Below, piece after piece: positions 27,133-36,349 of a stretch of 64,000 bases of DNA. Origin of the DNA: Pseudomonadota bacterium (GTDB lineage Bacteria > Pseudomonadota > Alphaproteobacteria > Paracaedibacterales > JAKBAR01); assembly GCA_021808925.1 (NCBI GenBank), contig JAKBAR010000002.1, forward strand, positions 5,922-69,921. Reading direction: 5' to 3'. The notes under the pieces were generated by a model. It searched no databases, was not told where the DNA came from, and saw only the letters and a list, made by a program, of their open reading frames with translations. Made by a program: the position numbers and the translations under genes. Position 1 is the first letter of the stretch. Each line of letters starts with the position of its first letter.

Positions 27133-28023
27133 ATGACATCAGATTCGCTCAACATTACAACACAACTTGCACAAGAACTTATCCAAGAACAATTTCCAAA
27201 GTTTGCACGCCTCACTCTTCAGCCTGTCGCACGTCAAGGACATGACAATCGCACATTTCGCCTGGGCGAAGAGATGTCTATCCGCCTCCCCACAGCAGAA
27301 TCTTACGCCCTTAAAGTCCCAAAAGAACAAGAGCTGTTACCCTTCCTCGCCCCGCATTTATCCCTTTCGATCCCAAGCCCTCTTTTTATGGGAAAACCCT
27401 CTAAATATTATCCATGGCCCTGGTCCATTTATCAGTGGCTCCCCGGAAAAAGTGCCAATGAATTTACCGCGGTAGAGGATAATTTGTTAGAATCAATCGC
27501 CTATGACCTTGCACAATTCCTAAGAGAACTCCATCGCATTGATCCATCCCATGGGCCAACACCGGGCCTTCATAATTGGTGGCGCGGCGATCATATCCGT
27601 GTTTATGATGCCGAGGCACGCACATATATCGCTGCACTTTCTAAGGTTATCAACAGCGATCAAGCGCTTGATTTATGGGAAAACGCCATGGCAACACAGT
27701 GGAAAAAAGAACCTGTTTGGATTCATGGCGATATGGCTTATGGAAATATTCTTCTTCAGGAAGGAAAACTGACTGGTGTGATTGATTTTGGGGGGATGGG
27801 GATTGGCGATCCGGCGTGTGATCTTGTGATGGCATGGACTTTTTTCAAAGGAAAATCGCGTGAAATCTTTAAACAGTCCCTCAGTTTGGATAACAATACA
27901 TGGCTCAGAGCTAAGGCCTGGGCCCTTTGGAAAGCGGCATTTGAGTTGTGCCAGCTCGACGATACGGAAACTCAAAAGGCTTTTTTACACAAAAAAATTA
28001 TTAGCGATGTATTAACCGCATAG
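27133..28023 (+). CDS. aminoglycoside phosphotransferase (APH) family kinase
   Basis: 296 aa. Brenner/catalytic region VWIHGDMAYGNILL...GVIDFGGMGIGDPACDL. Confidence 0.75.
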   Translation: MTSDSLNITTQLAQELIQEQFPKFARLTLQPVARQGHDNRTFRLGEEMSIRLPTAESYALKVPKEQELLPFLAPHLSLSIPSPLFMGKPSKYYPWPWSIYQWLPGKSANEFTAVEDNLLESIAYDLAQFLRELHRIDPSHGPTPGLHNWWRGDHIRVYDAEARTYIAALSKVINSDQALDLWENAMATQWKKEPVWIHGDMAYGNILLQEGKLTGVIDFGGMGIGDPACDLVMAWTFFKGKSREIFKQSLSLDNNTWLRAKAWALWKAAFELCQLDDTETQKAFLHKKIISDVLTA

Positions 28024-28139
28024 ATTCATAACACTCTGTTTTAAAGAAAAAGATGCTCGGGTTTTTTGAAAAAATATATCTTTTTTAAAAAATTTTTATT
28101 ATATTTTCTTAAATATCTGGAGAACAGCGACTTAGGCTC

Positions 28140-29282
28140 ATGTCAACGTCCAATATAAAAAACGATGTCTTCCAAAACATTAGCTTAACTGCTGTGATGA
28201 ACACTGTTTTGGATGGTCTTATTATTATTGATTATTTAGGCATTATTCACGCATTTAATCCCTCTGCTGTACGTATCTTTGGGTATCAACCTAATGAAGT
28301 TCTTGGGAAAAACATTAAAATGTTGATGCCGGAGCCCTACCAAAGCGCTCACGATAGCTATCTTACAAACTACTTAGAATCGCACACGCCAAAAGTTATT
28401 GGTATAGGTCGCGAGGTTAAGGGACGGAGAAAAAATGGTGAGATTTTTCCGATGGACCTTGGCGTTAATGAAATGAATGTAAATGATATGGTGATGTTCG
28501 TGGGCACCGTGCGAGACATCACAGAGCGAAAAGCCTCAGAAGCTTCTATTGAAAGATATATAACAGCCCTTAAACAAAGCAACCAAGAGTTAGATGACTT
28601 TGCGTATATCGCCTCTCATGATCTTAAGGAACCGCTTCGAGGACTTAGTAATAATGCTCTTTTTTTAAAAGAAGATTGGGGGAATAAGCTCAATGAAGAT
28701 GCGATAAAACGCATTGATCGTATGATTTATCTTGCAGGTCGCATGGAACAACTCACCAACGACTTGCTTTATTTCTCCCGCCTTGGAAAGCAGGATTTAG
28801 CCATCAGTGAGGCACCGCTTGAGGATATTGTTCATGATGTAACATCGATGTTAGATGCTGTGATTGTCGAAGGTTCTGTGGAGGTTAAGATTGTTAATCC
28901 TTTGCCAACGGTCACATGCGACATCATACGCATTCGAGAAGTTTTTCGAAACTTGATCACAAATGCAATAAAATACAACGATAAACCTCTTAAAAAAATT
29001 GAAATTGGATCCATGGAAAACAATACGTTTTTTGTGCGCGATAACGGAATTGGCATTAAAGAGTGCTTTTATCACGATATTTTTCGCATCTTTAAACGTT
29101 TGAATACAGAAGACGACGCCACAAAAGGAACGGGCGTTGGCCTGACCTTTGTGAAAAAAATTATTGATCGCCATCATGGCTCTATTTGGGTACAGTCCGA
29201 AATGGGGCAAGGAACAACTTTTTATTTTACACTGCCACAAGGATTAAAAGATGACAGAAACACAACATATTATGCTCATTGA
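28140..29282 (+). CDS. sensor histidine kinase with a FixL-type (heme-binding) PAS domain
   Basis: The PAS core KMLMPEPYQSAHDSYLTNY..VIGIGREVKGRRKNGEIFPMDLGVNEM..FVGTVRDITE matches the remembered FixL heme-PAS, including the proximal His. H-box IASHDLKEPLRG. HATPase N box, DNGIGI and GTGVGLTFVKKI. Confidence 0.75.
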   Translation: MSTSNIKNDVFQNISLTAVMNTVLDGLIIIDYLGIIHAFNPSAVRIFGYQPNEVLGKNIKMLMPEPYQSAHDSYLTNYLESHTPKVIGIGREVKGRRKNGEIFPMDLGVNEMNVNDMVMFVGTVRDITERKASEASIERYITALKQSNQELDDFAYIASHDLKEPLRGLSNNALFLKEDWGNKLNEDAIKRIDRMIYLAGRMEQLTNDLLYFSRLGKQDLAISEAPLEDIVHDVTSMLDAVIVEGSVEVKIVNPLPTVTCDIIRIREVFRNLITNAIKYNDKPLKKIEIGSMENNTFFVRDNGIGIKECFYHDIFRIFKRLNTEDDATKGTGVGLTFVKKIIDRHHGSIWVQSEMGQGTTFYFTLPQGLKDDRNTTYYAH

Positions 29283-29676
29283 AGACAATAAAGATGACTG
29301 CGAAGCTATTATTCGTGGGTTTCAGTCCTGTGATTGTTTATACCCCCTTAAATGGTTTAAGGATTCGGATGATGCACTTGCCTCTTTAATTGAAAATGAA
29401 GAAGACATCCCTCTTTTTATCCTTCTTGATCTCAATCTTCCTGGGATGGACGGTCGATCTTTTCTCAAGTATATCAAAAACAATAAACAACTAAGGGGCA
29501 TTCCTGTCATTGTTTTGACAACATCTTCGGATCACAAAGATGTTCAGTATTGCTATGAGCACGGTGTCAGTGCGTATATTCAAAAACCTGTGAATTTTTA
29601 CCAAATGAAAAATATCTGTCATTCTATCCAAGACTATTGGTTAAACACCTGCCTTCTTCCAGAAAGGGCTCACTAA
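29251..29676 (+). CDS. stand-alone receiver-domain response regulator (Cys-rich)
   Basis: 141 aa with IMLIEDNKDD, a phospho-acceptor context FILLDLNLPGMDG, VIVLTTS and YIQKP. No output domain. Overlaps the kinase gene by 32 nt. Confidence 0.85.
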   Translation: MTETQHIMLIEDNKDDCEAIIRGFQSCDCLYPLKWFKDSDDALASLIENEEDIPLFILLDLNLPGMDGRSFLKYIKNNKQLRGIPVIVLTTSSDHKDVQYCYEHGVSAYIQKPVNFYQMKNICHSIQDYWLNTCLLPERAH

Positions 29677-30743
29677 TGGATCAAAAGGGGGAGAGTGATA
29701 TTAAACTGGCTTCCCCCTTTTTTAGGACGCATCACGTCAATTTGCCCGCCGTGTTGATCAACAATTGCTTTCACAATCGCTAGACCAAGGCCTGTCCCCT
29801 CTGCTTCGGACTTGTTCGGAACACGGTAGAAAGGGTCAAAAATCTTTTTACTGACACTTTTGGGAATACCAATACCATTATCCCTGATCGAAAGAGTAAC
29901 TGTATTTTTTTCCATCAATGCCTCCACAAAAACTTCAGGTGTCACAAGGCAGTACTTCAGCGCATTGGATAAAATATTTTGAAAGAGCTGCACAAGGGCC
30001 ACTTTTGACCCATAAATAGGCGGAAAAGACGTTGGAAGATGAATCATCGCTTTTTTTTCCTGAATAGGCATTTCCAAAAGGGCCACGGATTTTTTTATAA
30101 TCTCCATAAGATCAACAGGTTCTCTGTCCTCAAAGCTACGCCCAGACTCTGCATAGACTAACAATTTATCAATAAATTCGACGAGAAACGCCGCATCTTC
30201 GGTAATATAATTGATGTAAGCCTCGCTTTTTTGAGGTTTTTTTTGAGCCAGCATCGCATAAGAGCGAATACGCCCTATGGGGTTTTTAAGATCGTGCGCC
30301 AATGTATGCGCAAACAGCAAAAGCTCCTTCTGTTTTGCCTGCTCCCTTTTTTTTTGTCGATGAGAAGCACGCGCTTTTTGAATTGATTTTTTCAAAATAT
30401 TCGCCGTTAAACCATCCTTTTTGATATAGTCTGAGACATTAAGCTGCATAAAATTCACAGCAACGCTCTCATCGCCCTGCCCTGTCAAAACAATAATGGG
30501 AGCATCAAGTATGATGTTTTCTTGATGCAATTTTCTTAAAAAATCCATGCCATTCATGCCAGGCATATGGTAATCCAACAACATAATATCAAAAGGGTGA
30601 TTTTCTTTTGAAAGAGCCCCCAAAGCCTCCTCAGCTGACGCATAGTGCGCAATCGACACAGGGCCTACCTTCTGCAATAAGCGCTCATAAAGACACGCAT
30701 CATCCGGCGAATCGTCGATAATCAGAGCTTTTGATATATCCAT
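29673..30743 (-). CDS. hybrid receiver-histidine kinase (N-terminal REC, then HisKA and HATPase)
   Basis: 356 aa. REC (ALIIDDSPDD...IMLLDYHMPGMNG...IIVLTG). H-box LAHDLKNPIGRI. HATPase (RDNGIGIP, GTGLGLAIVKAIV). Confidence 0.85.
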   Translation of the reverse strand: MDISKALIIDDSPDDACLYERLLQKVGPVSIAHYASAEEALGALSKENHPFDIMLLDYHMPGMNGMDFLRKLHQENIILDAPIIVLTGQGDESVAVNFMQLNVSDYIKKDGLTANILKKSIQKARASHRQKKREQAKQKELLLFAHTLAHDLKNPIGRIRSYAMLAQKKPQKSEAYINYITEDAAFLVEFIDKLLVYAESGRSFEDREPVDLMEIIKKSVALLEMPIQEKKAMIHLPTSFPPIYGSKVALVQLFQNILSNALKYCLVTPEVFVEALMEKNTVTLSIRDNGIGIPKSVSKKIFDPFYRVPNKSEAEGTGLGLAIVKAIVDQHGGQIDVMRPKKGGSQFNITLPLLIH

Positions 30744-30771
30744 TGTGAAACTTTCTTTTGTTTATTGCGTC

Positions 30772-31236
30772 TCAAGATCGATTGAAAAGAAAATTTTCGA
30801 AAGACTCCCCATCCAACGGTTTTTCAAAAAAAGCATGGGCGTCAAGTTGATTAACGTGGGAAATATTTTTGTAATTGCTCATGGAAGAATGAATCACAAC
30901 GGGAATTTCCTTTGTTTGAAGAAGGCCCTTGAGGCGCTGTAAAACCATTTTTCCATTCATACTCGGCATTACAAGATCGAGAATGATAATATCAGGCTTC
31001 TCCTTTCTTTCAAGATGTTTCAATGCTTCATGCGCATCTGTGTAGGAAGAGAAAGTAAAATTAGCCCGACACTCTGTTTTTAAAATTTCTTTGACGAGAT
31101 TAATATCTTTTTTGCTGTCATCAATCATCATGACGTGAATGTTTCTATTATTCGTTGTAACCTCATCACTAAAACGCATACTTTTAAATGAGTAGTACTT
31201 TGGATGATTATATGACGGTTGCGTAGAGTTCCACAT
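30772..31236 (-). CDS. stand-alone receiver-domain response regulator
   Basis: 154 aa with VMMIDDSKKD, IIILDLVMPSMNG, VVIHSS and FFEKP. No output domain. The start may be an internal ATG (MRFSDE...). Confidence 0.8.
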   Translation of the reverse strand: MWNSTQPSYNHPKYYSFKSMRFSDEVTTNNRNIHVMMIDDSKKDINLVKEILKTECRANFTFSSYTDAHEALKHLERKEKPDIIILDLVMPSMNGKMVLQRLKGLLQTKEIPVVIHSSMSNYKNISHVNQLDAHAFFEKPLDGESFENFLFNRS

Positions 31237-31407
31237 AAAAAATCTCCTTTCATTAGCCTACCATTAATAACAGTGTTAAACAAAAGTGACTCTATTCAGG
31301 CCACAAATATAAATCTAACTCAAACAAGTAAATAAATGATTAACAATCACTAGAGTTTTATTTATATTTTTAGCTATTGTGGGGAAAAATTAAAGAGTAA
31401 ACGCTGT

Positions 31408-31866
31408 TTAAATCGTCTCAGGCACAAGGCGTAGTGCCATACTAAAGTAAACACCATCATTCAATTGCGCCCTGCGGTAATCAAAGCTTTCAAAGTGAAT
31501 CCCTGGCAACGGTTTTGTCAGCGTACTTTTCATTGCGCTTAGGTCTGCATTTTGAATATACGTCCCAAACGTCGTGTTTTTGTCAAGTTTTCCCGTTGTA
31601 TCTTCAAAGCTAAAGTAGCGAATCTTGTATTTTTGATGATTAATCGTAATGATTTTGCCCACAATCGCTTTGTCCACAAAAGCATTTGATTGGCTCATTT
31701 CGATTTCTTTGCAGGCTGTGATCAGTTGTTGCAGCATAAGCGCCCCCTCTTGAGTATCGATCACAACACGTTGAGGCTTTGTCTCCGCACACACCGTGTT
31801 CATAACGGGAAAAGTAACAAGGGATAACAGAATAAATAGTTTGAGCATAGTCACACTTTCTTTCAA
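31408..31866 (-). CDS. secreted hypothetical protein
   Basis: 152 aa with a signal-peptide-like LKLFILLSLVTFPVMNTVCA. The start may be the ATG at 31848. Confidence 0.55.
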   Translation of the reverse strand: MKESVTMLKLFILLSLVTFPVMNTVCAETKPQRVVIDTQEGALMLQQLITACKEIEMSQSNAFVDKAIVGKIITINHQKYKIRYFSFEDTTGKLDKNTTFGTYIQNADLSAMKSTLTKPLPGIHFESFDYRRAQLNDGVYFSMALRLVPETI

Positions 31867-31905
31867 GTTTATTGAAAAAATTTTAGCACAGGCCCCAAGA
31901 GACCA

Positions 31906-32799
31906 TCAAAAACCCTCCAGCGTATTTAAAATAGCTGTGGTTTTTTCAAAATACGTCGTAGGCAGCTGGTCTTCCTCGGCCCAAACCCAAGCAAGCACCG
32001 CTTGCACAAAACACCAATCAAGGATTCGTTGATAAGGCAATTCAAGGAGCTCAGCAAAGCGCGTGACGCGACCCTGAATACTATTTGGCGCATCTACGTG
32101 ATGCAGTAATTCTGGTATGGGATTGCGGATAAAAGCGGCAACCTCAAAGGCCCTCTCACCGATTACCCCTTTTGGATCGATCACCACCCAATCATTCCCC
32201 TGCCACAGAATATTATCATGATGCAAATCGCCATGCAGGAGGGTATCTGCACCACGTGTTTGCAATAAAAAATCGCGCATTTTTTTTGCTTTTTGAAGGG
32301 AACTCTCTGGGATACATGTTGCTGTGTCCAAGGCCTTCAGCCAATCTCTGATATGGGGGAAAGGATGATTTTGAGGAATCGCAGACCTATGCAAACGCTG
32401 CATAAGAGAACAGGCAATCTGGATGCTTTCCTCATCTTTGTGCGGAAAAAAAGACTTAAGCGACGTTCCAGGCACAGCACGCTCGAGCAAGAGCATGCCC
32501 GGCTCCTCGGCAATAGCAGTCACAGTTCCACGATCTTTAAAACACCGAAGAGCCATGGCTTCTCTTGCAAGACCCGCCGTATCCATACTTCGTTTTAAAA
32601 TGACAGGCACCCCTTTTTGAAAACCTGAGGCTACATAATTGTAGGTTAGAGAAGGGAACGGTGTAAGCTCTGTCAGATTGTATTTTAGAGCCATGTCACG
32701 CAGAAAACCCGGGAGCTCCTCTAACCACTTCGCGCCCTCTTTGCCATATATTTTTTCTATCGTCGTCTCAAAAGAAACGACGGATGTGCTTTTAGTCAT
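31906..32799 (-). CDS. APH(6)/streptomycin-kinase-like phosphotransferase (aminoglycoside/hydroxyurea resistance kinase family)
   Basis: 297 aa. Catalytic region LLHGDLHHDNILWQGNDWVVIDPKG. Its start overlaps the EamA stop by 4 nt. Confidence 0.65.
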   Translation of the reverse strand: MTKSTSVVSFETTIEKIYGKEGAKWLEELPGFLRDMALKYNLTELTPFPSLTYNYVASGFQKGVPVILKRSMDTAGLAREAMALRCFKDRGTVTAIAEEPGMLLLERAVPGTSLKSFFPHKDEESIQIACSLMQRLHRSAIPQNHPFPHIRDWLKALDTATCIPESSLQKAKKMRDFLLQTRGADTLLHGDLHHDNILWQGNDWVVIDPKGVIGERAFEVAAFIRNPIPELLHHVDAPNSIQGRVTRFAELLELPYQRILDWCFVQAVLAWVWAEEDQLPTTYFEKTTAILNTLEGF

Positions 32800-33680
32800 G
32801 GGTGTTTCACAGGAGATTCTTTTTTAGCCTTATGCCACTGATTAATAATGAGGCCCGCAAAAACAAGGAGGCACCCTGAAAATGTTGTGAGCGTATACGC
32901 CTCGCGAAAAACCATCCACGAAAGCGTCATACCAAAAACAGGAATCAGCAACGCATACGGTACGACAATCGCTGCATCATAAAGTTTAAAAAGATACGCC
33001 CAAAGCGTTGACCCAATCCATGTTCCGGCGACGACGATAAAAGCCAACGAGAGCACACCCTTCATCGAAATATGGCGCAAACTTTCGATTATAAGCTCTG
33101 GTCCCTCAAAAATAAAACTTAGGCCTAAAAGGGGCAAAGGCGGGACAAGCCCCATCCAAATCACAAGCCCAAAAGCATCCACATTTTTTGCCTTTCGAAA
33201 AAACATATTCGCAAAAGCCCAAAAGAGGGCTGCTATCATAATACAGGCAAACCCTATGATATTCGCCTGTCCCCCTGTTTGCTGCGCGATTAGCCCAATC
33301 CCCATAAAAGCAATGACCATGCCAAGGGCTTGCCGCGGGGAAACCTGACTTTTAAAGAAGATTTTCGACAGAATAATGGTAAAGAGCACTTGTGTTTGCA
33401 GCACAAGAGAGGCCAGCCCTGGGGAAAATTCAAAATAGAGACTCAGAAAAACAAAGGAAAACTTACACACCCCAAGAAGAAGCGCGATAGTCGACATAAG
33501 GGACCACGAAAGATTCTTAGGCTTTGGAATGAAAAAAATCAAAGGAAATGTTGAAAATATAAATCGCAAACACAAAAGTAAAAAAGGCGGCAGGTCATTC
33601 ATACACCACTTCGCCACCACAAAATTACTCCCCCACACAAAAGCGATCGTGAGGGCCAAAAAAACATGTCTAATATGCAT
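32796..33680 (-). CDS. EamA/DMT-family transporter
   Basis: 294 aa with 10 predicted hydrophobic helices in two EamA-like halves. Confidence 0.75.
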   Translation of the reverse strand: MHIRHVFLALTIAFVWGSNFVVAKWCMNDLPPFLLLCLRFIFSTFPLIFFIPKPKNLSWSLMSTIALLLGVCKFSFVFLSLYFEFSPGLASLVLQTQVLFTIILSKIFFKSQVSPRQALGMVIAFMGIGLIAQQTGGQANIIGFACIMIAALFWAFANMFFRKAKNVDAFGLVIWMGLVPPLPLLGLSFIFEGPELIIESLRHISMKGVLSLAFIVVAGTWIGSTLWAYLFKLYDAAIVVPYALLIPVFGMTLSWMVFREAYTLTTFSGCLLVFAGLIINQWHKAKKESPVKHP

Positions 33681-33872
33681 AAAAATTAATGAAATGAGGG
33701 CGAAAGAACAGCTGCCATTCTACGGGATGAAACCATCTTCCACAAGAGAGAAACATCGTTATTCCCACCATTCGCACCAAAGTTTAAGGAGAGAAATATA
33801 TGTATTAGAATACTCAAAGGATGCAAAACTATGTTAGAATGCACAGATAGAAAAAAACTTTTACACACATCC

Positions 33873-34343
33873 ATGCAAAAAAAATCCATTTTTTGGCTCA
33901 TTCTCCTCATCACTGCTGTTTTTTTAGGCGATGTTCTCTCCAAGCAATGGGTCGTTGCCCACATGACCACGGACAAAGTATGGCCCATCACATCCTTTTT
34001 TAACATCGTCCTTACGGTCAATCATGGGGTAAGCTTTGCCATGCTGTGGGCCAGCCATATCTATGGCGTTTATGCGCTTATTGGGCTTACAAGCCTGTTA
34101 TCAGCGGTTGTGCTTTATTTTCTTTTCATCAGCCCCACATTTTTCGAAAAAATGGCCTTCTCCCTTGTTTTTGCAGGGGCCCTTGGCAATCTTTTTGATC
34201 GCATTCGTATTGGCGGCGTTGTAGACTTTTTAGACTTTCATATGCTAGGTTACCACTGGCCTGCCTTTAATGTGGCAGACTCAGCCATTTGTATTGGCGT
34301 TTTTTTACTTTTTCTTTACCATTTCGTGTTACAAAAAAAATAA
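33873..34343 (+). CDS. lspA: lipoprotein signal peptidase (signal peptidase II)
   Basis: [24 protein letters not shown] and [11 protein letters not shown] motifs. The start is set at the ATG at 33873; an upstream ATG at 33831 is possible. Confidence 0.88.
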   Translation: MQKKSIFWLILLITAVFLGDVLSKQWVVAHMTTDKVWPITSFFNIVLTVNHGVSFAMLWASHIYGVYALIGLTSLLSAVVLYFLFISPTFFEKMAFSLVFAGALGNLFDRIRIGGVVDFLDFHMLGYHWPAFNVADSAICIGVFLLFLYHFVLQKK

Positions 34344-34364
34344 GAGAAGCAGGTTTTATTCATT

Positions 34365-34871
34365 ATGACGTATTATTACTCCCTTTTTTTCATGCTAAGC
34401 TCCCTAGCCCTTTTGCTCTCAGGATGCGACACTGTTCGCAGCACCCTGGGCCTTGATCACTATCAAGCAGACCCTTTTAATGTGCCCACAAATCCGCCCC
34501 TGACACTCCCCCCTGAATACACACTCCGGCCTCCTGCCCCCGGCGCTGCGCCGACGTTTTCAAAAACATCCAACACACAAGCCCAGCAAACGCTCTCCAC
34601 CTACAATGCTCAGGTCTATTCAAGCAATGCCACAGAAAATGGTCTTGTCGGACAAATGAAAACAGGGACACCTCCTGCCAATATTCGCGAACTTGTGGAT
34701 AAAGAGGCCCATGAGGAAAGTAATCTGGGTGGGAAACTTGGCAAACAAGTGGATGATTGGAAGACGCAGGCCAAGAAAAATATCGCAAGTATTTACACAA
34801 ACGATGGTGCAGAAAAACAGAAGGACTCCTCCCCTCCTCCACAACCTCAGGATCCAAAAACAACCTCATGA
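34365..34871 (+). CDS. DUF3035-like lipoprotein
   Basis: Lipobox LLLSGC. Pro/Ala-rich body. Shows the typical alphaproteobacterial position directly after lspA. Confidence 0.6.
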   Translation: MTYYYSLFFMLSSLALLLSGCDTVRSTLGLDHYQADPFNVPTNPPLTLPPEYTLRPPAPGAAPTFSKTSNTQAQQTLSTYNAQVYSSNATENGLVGQMKTGTPPANIRELVDKEAHEESNLGGKLGKQVDDWKTQAKKNIASIYTNDGAEKQKDSSPPPQPQDPKTTS

Positions 34872-36349
34872 TCGAAAGAATAATTGCATCCATCATAGGT
34901 TTTTTAGGGAGAGCCCTGATCATAGCACTCCCCCTCGGTTCGTTGGGTGCAAAGGATATGCAAAGCACAACGCACATTGTCTCACCCCCTCCACAAAAAA
35001 TTTTAGATCACCCACTCCACCTTCATCTTCCCTTTAAACTTTCTCCTCCAGGCACATCCCTTCAAAGCATAAAGATTCAAGATATTCACACGCCTCTTGG
35101 TTTTCATGGCTGGCTTGTGGAAAATAAAGATATCCCCGTTGTGACTGTCGAGTTTATGTTTGTTGATGCGGGATCTAAAAATGAAATAAAAGGTAAAAAA
35201 GGGCTTGTCGCACTCCTAGCGTCACTTATGGATGAGGGGGCGGGCGACTATACAAGTGATGATTTTAAAAAATTTCTCATCACGAATAATATTAATCTTA
35301 TTGTCAGTCAGGGAGTTGATAATTTTATTTTAGGTTTTTCTGTGCCTAAAACGCATGTCGCTCAGGCCTTTAAGGCCATGGACCTTATTCTTACACGCCT
35401 AAGATTTGACTCAGAACCCTTAGAGCGCATCAAAACACATCTTCACCTCCATTATACACAGAGAAAAGAAAATGAGGGTGAACGGGGCATGGAGGAACTC
35501 GAACAAACGCTCATGGCCGGCTCACCTTACGTATCGTCTCTTGATGATCGTGTCGCGGATCTTAGAAACATAAGTGCAACAGATCTTAAAGATTTCATGA
35601 AAAATCACTTTACCAAAAACAAATTAATTATCTCTGTATGCGGTGATATTTCCACAGACGAGCTGTCAAAGCTCATTGATACATCGCTAAAAAACCTTCC
35701 ACTTAAAGCAACACCCGAAGCACTCCCTGATGTAAGTTTTCAAAACCTTGGATCGTTACACCCTATTTTTATGGATATTCCTCAAAGCCTTATTCTTTTC
35801 GCCCACCCGGGATTTAAGCGCAGTGATCCTGATTATTTTGCACTTGATCTTGCGATGGATATTCTTGGAAGTGGCGAGCTTGGGTCCAGGTTAATGAACC
35901 GTGTCCGCGAAGAGAACGGCCTTGTCTATGGCATTGGGATCACAAAACCTATTTATAAACATTATCAACTCATTTTAGGAAATGCTTCTACCCACACAGA
36001 AAACGTCACAAAAGTAATTGATCTTATTCGAAGTGAGTGGAAAAAATTTATCGCAGCAGGCGTGACCAAAGAAGAGCTCGATCGTGCAAAACAACGCTCC
36101 ATTGGTCTTTTTCCACTACGGCTCGGAAATACGCAAAGTATCGCCTCGCTGCTGACATCCATTCAATATTATAACTTGGGGATTGACTACCTTGAAAAGC
36201 GTGCACAAGCCATCAATGATGTGACGCTTGAGAGGGTTAATAAGCTTATTCAAGAACGCTTTAAAGATGACGGGCTCACCTTTGTGATTGTAGGCCGTGA
36301 AAACTCTTCACACGCACCGATACAAAAAATCAAAGGAAAATCGTCATGA
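34868..36349 (+). CDS. M16-family (pitrilysin-like) peptidase, non-catalytic-type subunit
   Basis: ATGA overlap with the upstream gene. M16 fold segments are present, but no HxxEH zinc motif. Confidence 0.7.
   Translation: MIERIIASIIGFLGRALIIALPLGSLGAKDMQSTTHIVSPPPQKILDHPLHLHLPFKLSPPGTSLQSIKIQDIHTPLGFHGWLVENKDIPVVTVEFMFVDAGSKNEIKGKKGLVALLASLMDEGAGDYTSDDFKKFLITNNINLIVSQGVDNFILGFSVPKTHVAQAFKAMDLILTRLRFDSEPLERIKTHLHLHYTQRKENEGERGMEELEQTLMAGSPYVSSLDDRVADLRNISATDLKDFMKNHFTKNKLIISVCGDISTDELSKLIDTSLKNLPLKATPEALPDVSFQNLGSLHPIFMDIPQSLILFAHPGFKRSDPDYFALDLAMDILGSGELGSRLMNRVREENGLVYGIGITKPIYKHYQLILGNASTHTENVTKVIDLIRSEWKKFIAAGVTKEELDRAKQRSIGLFPLRLGNTQSIASLLTSIQYYNLGIDYLEKRAQAINDVTLERVNKLIQERFKDDGLTFVIVGRENSSHAPIQKIKGKSS

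Noticed and set aside
26315-33680. The methyltransferase, two APH kinases, the two-component genes and the EamA transporter, considered as a horizontally acquired resistance or genomic island.
   Set aside because: No integrase, transposase, flanking direct repeats or tRNA boundary is visible. Base composition and codon usage look like the rest of the window by eye. It is kept only as an accessory-looking cluster, not as a mobile element.
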